A stretch of DNA of 64,000 nt, from contig CM059432.1 of assembly GCA_030390025.1 (NCBI GenBank), positions 38,070,001 through 38,134,000 of the forward strand, read 5' to 3'. This stretch comes from Squalus acanthias (taxonomy: Eukaryota). Every line of letters starts with the position of its first letter. The stretch's first letter is position 1. The notes beneath the pieces are model-generated. The model had not been told where the DNA came from. It made no database searches and saw only the letters and a program-made list of their open reading frames with translations. Shown here one piece after another: positions 61,608-64,000 of this stretch. Made by a program: the position numbers and the translations under genes.

Positions 61608-62645
61608 TTTTAGTGTCCAGAACTAACAGGCAGCTTTGGATTTTGCCTGGGGAGCACGGCATCATACTGCTGGGATTGAAAATTATTATATCCAGTGATG
61701 GAGTTCCCAAAACATTTCAACTTTATTTTTTTTGTAATTTAGGTGCAGAACAGAATAACATAATTATGGTGGCGGAAGTGAAGGAATGAAGGAAAATATA
61801 CTGTTCTTGAATTCTTGACAGAATAAATTGTGGACTGTTGTTTTAATTAAGGATAACAATTGGGAAATAGCAGAGACTCAACTGGGCCAAATATGGGTGA
61901 ACTGGATGACCTCATCTACATTTTATTCACACTAATGCTTCACAAAAGAACAAAACACACTTACCTGTTACAACCCAGTGGAAGTAAAGACAGTTTCATA
62001 CAATACAATTTCATACATGATGGAGCTTAAAGCACCCTGAGGTTGTATGTTAAACGATGCTTTTACTTCCTGGGCTTCTGTTTTCTAAGTCCAAATAACA
62101 GCTGCATCACACAGAATGGTATTTGTCTGGCTCTTGTTGTGCTAATCTTGTGTGGCCTGCACCTGTAAGCACCGACCCTAACCTACTCTCAGGCTCCATT
62201 CATTCAGATACATAAAGCACTCCTTTGTTGACCTGTTTCTATAGTTGCTGGTTGGCCTGGGCCAAAGCGTACCATCTGGTCTACTTGGAGAAAACAGCTT
62301 CTGCACAGCTGTTTTTCTGAAAATCATAACGAAGTCCACAGCTAATCATGATTTGGAAAATTGACACAAAGGTTTCAGGAAATTATCTCAGCATTGGAGT
62401 CTTGTGCAGCTTTCTGAATACTTGAACAGGAAACAAACCCAACTGTGCTACCTTCATTGCTCATGTGAAAGTACAGTACACAGAGAAAGTCAATGCTTTT
62501 GCCAAGGAAATCTATTAAGGTCAAAGCATGACGACTTTTGCTTGTAATGTAAGAAAGAACTTTGTTTTTATTTGTTTGTTCTTGCGAGGCAGCATTTATT
62601 GCCCATCCCCTTGTGGCCCCGAGGGCATTAAGAGCCAAGCACATA

Positions 62646-63050
62646 GGGCTGAATTTTAATGAGGAAGGCGGGTTGGGAGCTGGGGGGGGGGGCGGGGCCC
62701 CCGAAGCGGTTGGGAAACCCGGGAGAACATGATTTGCATGGGAAGCCTCTGTTTCCCAACCACAGCCAGCAAGATTGAGAGGCTAGCTGCCTCCAGGCGG
62801 GTAGGCCTACGGCACGAGGCCGCAGAAAGGAGGGAGGGCGGCCGGAGGAGCAGTATGGGGGGGTAGCATCTGAGAAGGATCGAGGGCTGGGCCAACACGG
62901 GGGTGGGGCAGGTGAGGTCTGAGATGGATCAGGAGCTGGGACAAGCACACGGCGGGGGGGGGGGGGGGGCGTAATCGGGTGAGGATCAGGGGCCGGAGGA
63001 GTAGGGAGACAGTGATACAGCAAGATAGAAATGTAGCACAGGAAGACATT
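62646..63050. mobile_element. Truncated Harbinger-type MITE
   Basis: Starts GGGCTGAATTTT; cut by CR1. Confidence 0.4.
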
Positions 63051-63085
63051 GTGAGTATCCAAAGCTGTATCCAAAGCTGTATCCA

Positions 63086-63604
63086 AAGAGTGGCAGGGCT
63101 ATAGTAATAGGGGATTCGATTGTAAGGGGAATAGATAGGGGTTTCTGTGGTCGCGACCGAGACTCCAGGATGGTATGTTGCCTCCCTGGTGCAAGGGTCA
63201 AGGATGTCTCGGCGCGGGTGCAGAACATTCTGGAGGGGGAGGGGGAACAGCCAGTTGTCGTGATACATGTTGGTACCAACGACGTAGCTAAAAAAAGGGA
63301 AGAGGTCCTACAAGTAGAATTTAGGGAGTTAGGAGCCAAGCTAAAAAGTAGGACCTCGAAGGTAGTAATCTCTGGATTACTACCAGTGCCACGTGCTAGT
63401 AAGAGTACAGAGAACAGGATAGTTAGGCTAAATACGTGGCTTGAGCAGTGGTGTAAGAGGGAGGGTTTTAAATTTTTGAGGCATTGGAACCAGTTTTGTG
63501 GTAGGTGTGACCTATACAAAAGGGACGGTCTACACCTGTGCAAAGATGGAACTGATGTTCTCGGGGTAATTTTTGATAAAGCAGTTCGGGAGCATTTAAA
63601 CTAG
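63086..63604 (+). CDS. CR1 ORF1 C-terminal SGNH/GDSL esterase-like domain (5'-truncated)
   Basis: IVIGDSIVRG, CLPGARV, VIHVGTND, DGLHL. Confidence 0.88.
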   Translation, partial: KSGRAIVIGDSIVRGIDRGFCGRDRDSRMVCCLPGARVKDVSARVQNILEGEGEQPVVVIHVGTNDVAKKREEVLQVEFRELGAKLKSRTSKVVISGLLPVPRASKSTENRIVRLNTWLEQWCKREGFKFLRHWNQFCGRCDLYKRDGLHLCKDGTDVLGVIFDKAVREHLN

Positions 63605-64000
63605 TATGGCAGGGGGCTAGAAACCTATGTAGTGAAATAGAGGAAAGTGAAAGGCAGACAGAAATAAATGGTAAAAGGGTGAGGAACAAAAAACAAAGGG
63701 CCAAACTAATTCATAAAAAATGTGAGCATAAAAAAAGCCTGAGGGTTTTATACCTTAATGCGAGAAGCATCAGGAACAAGGTAGATGAATTAGCTGTGGA
63801 AATAGAGGTTAATAATTATGATCTAATTGGGATTACGGAAACATGGTTGCAGGGTGAGCAGGGCTGGGAGCTTAACATACAGGGGTATTCAGTATTTAGG
63901 AAGGATCGACAAAAAAGAAAGGGAGGAGGGGTAGCATTGCTGGTAAAAGAGGGGATAAATGCAATTGAAAGGAAGGATATTAACTCAGTTAATACAGAAT
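63601..64000 (+). CDS. CR1 ORF2 N-terminus (APE endonuclease), runs off window
   Basis: LYLNARSIRNK, LIGITETWL, RKDR...GGGVALLVK. Confidence 0.88.

Overview
Repeat-dense eukaryotic intergenic or intronic DNA, most likely from a cartilaginous fish (inferred from an HE1/V-SINE, Deu-type tRNA-SINEs and the CR1, RTE, Penelope and Harbinger mix). No host gene can be named. The window holds two Penelope-like elements plus mini-inserts with hammerhead motifs, CR1/L2-type and RTE LINEs, several PIF/Harbinger transposons (HARBI1-type nuclease plus Myb/SANT gene) and their MITEs, two env-bearing LTR elements and two related ~1.6-kb solo LTRs. The stand-out is a very young provirus at 51422-60686: apparently identical 1613-bp LTRs, CTCC target-site duplication (TSD), tRNA-Arg(UCG) primer-binding site (PBS), intact gag, and an intact 783-aa Env with an Ig-like domain and a long F-protein-like fusion subunit (lokiretrovirus-like, by inference). 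It has no pol. The gag stop is UGA-CUAG followed by a stem-loop and an in-frame 386-codon non-Pol ORF, suggesting a Gag-X readthrough protein in a pol-less gag-X-env element. Other notable structures: a tRNA-like/B-box motif conserved in the U5 of three diverged LTRs, a twin-primed RTE, an RTE-minisatellite chimera within one TSD, and a U_UUA_AAC slippery site at a CR1 ORF1/ORF2 junction. All calls were made by eye, without database searches.
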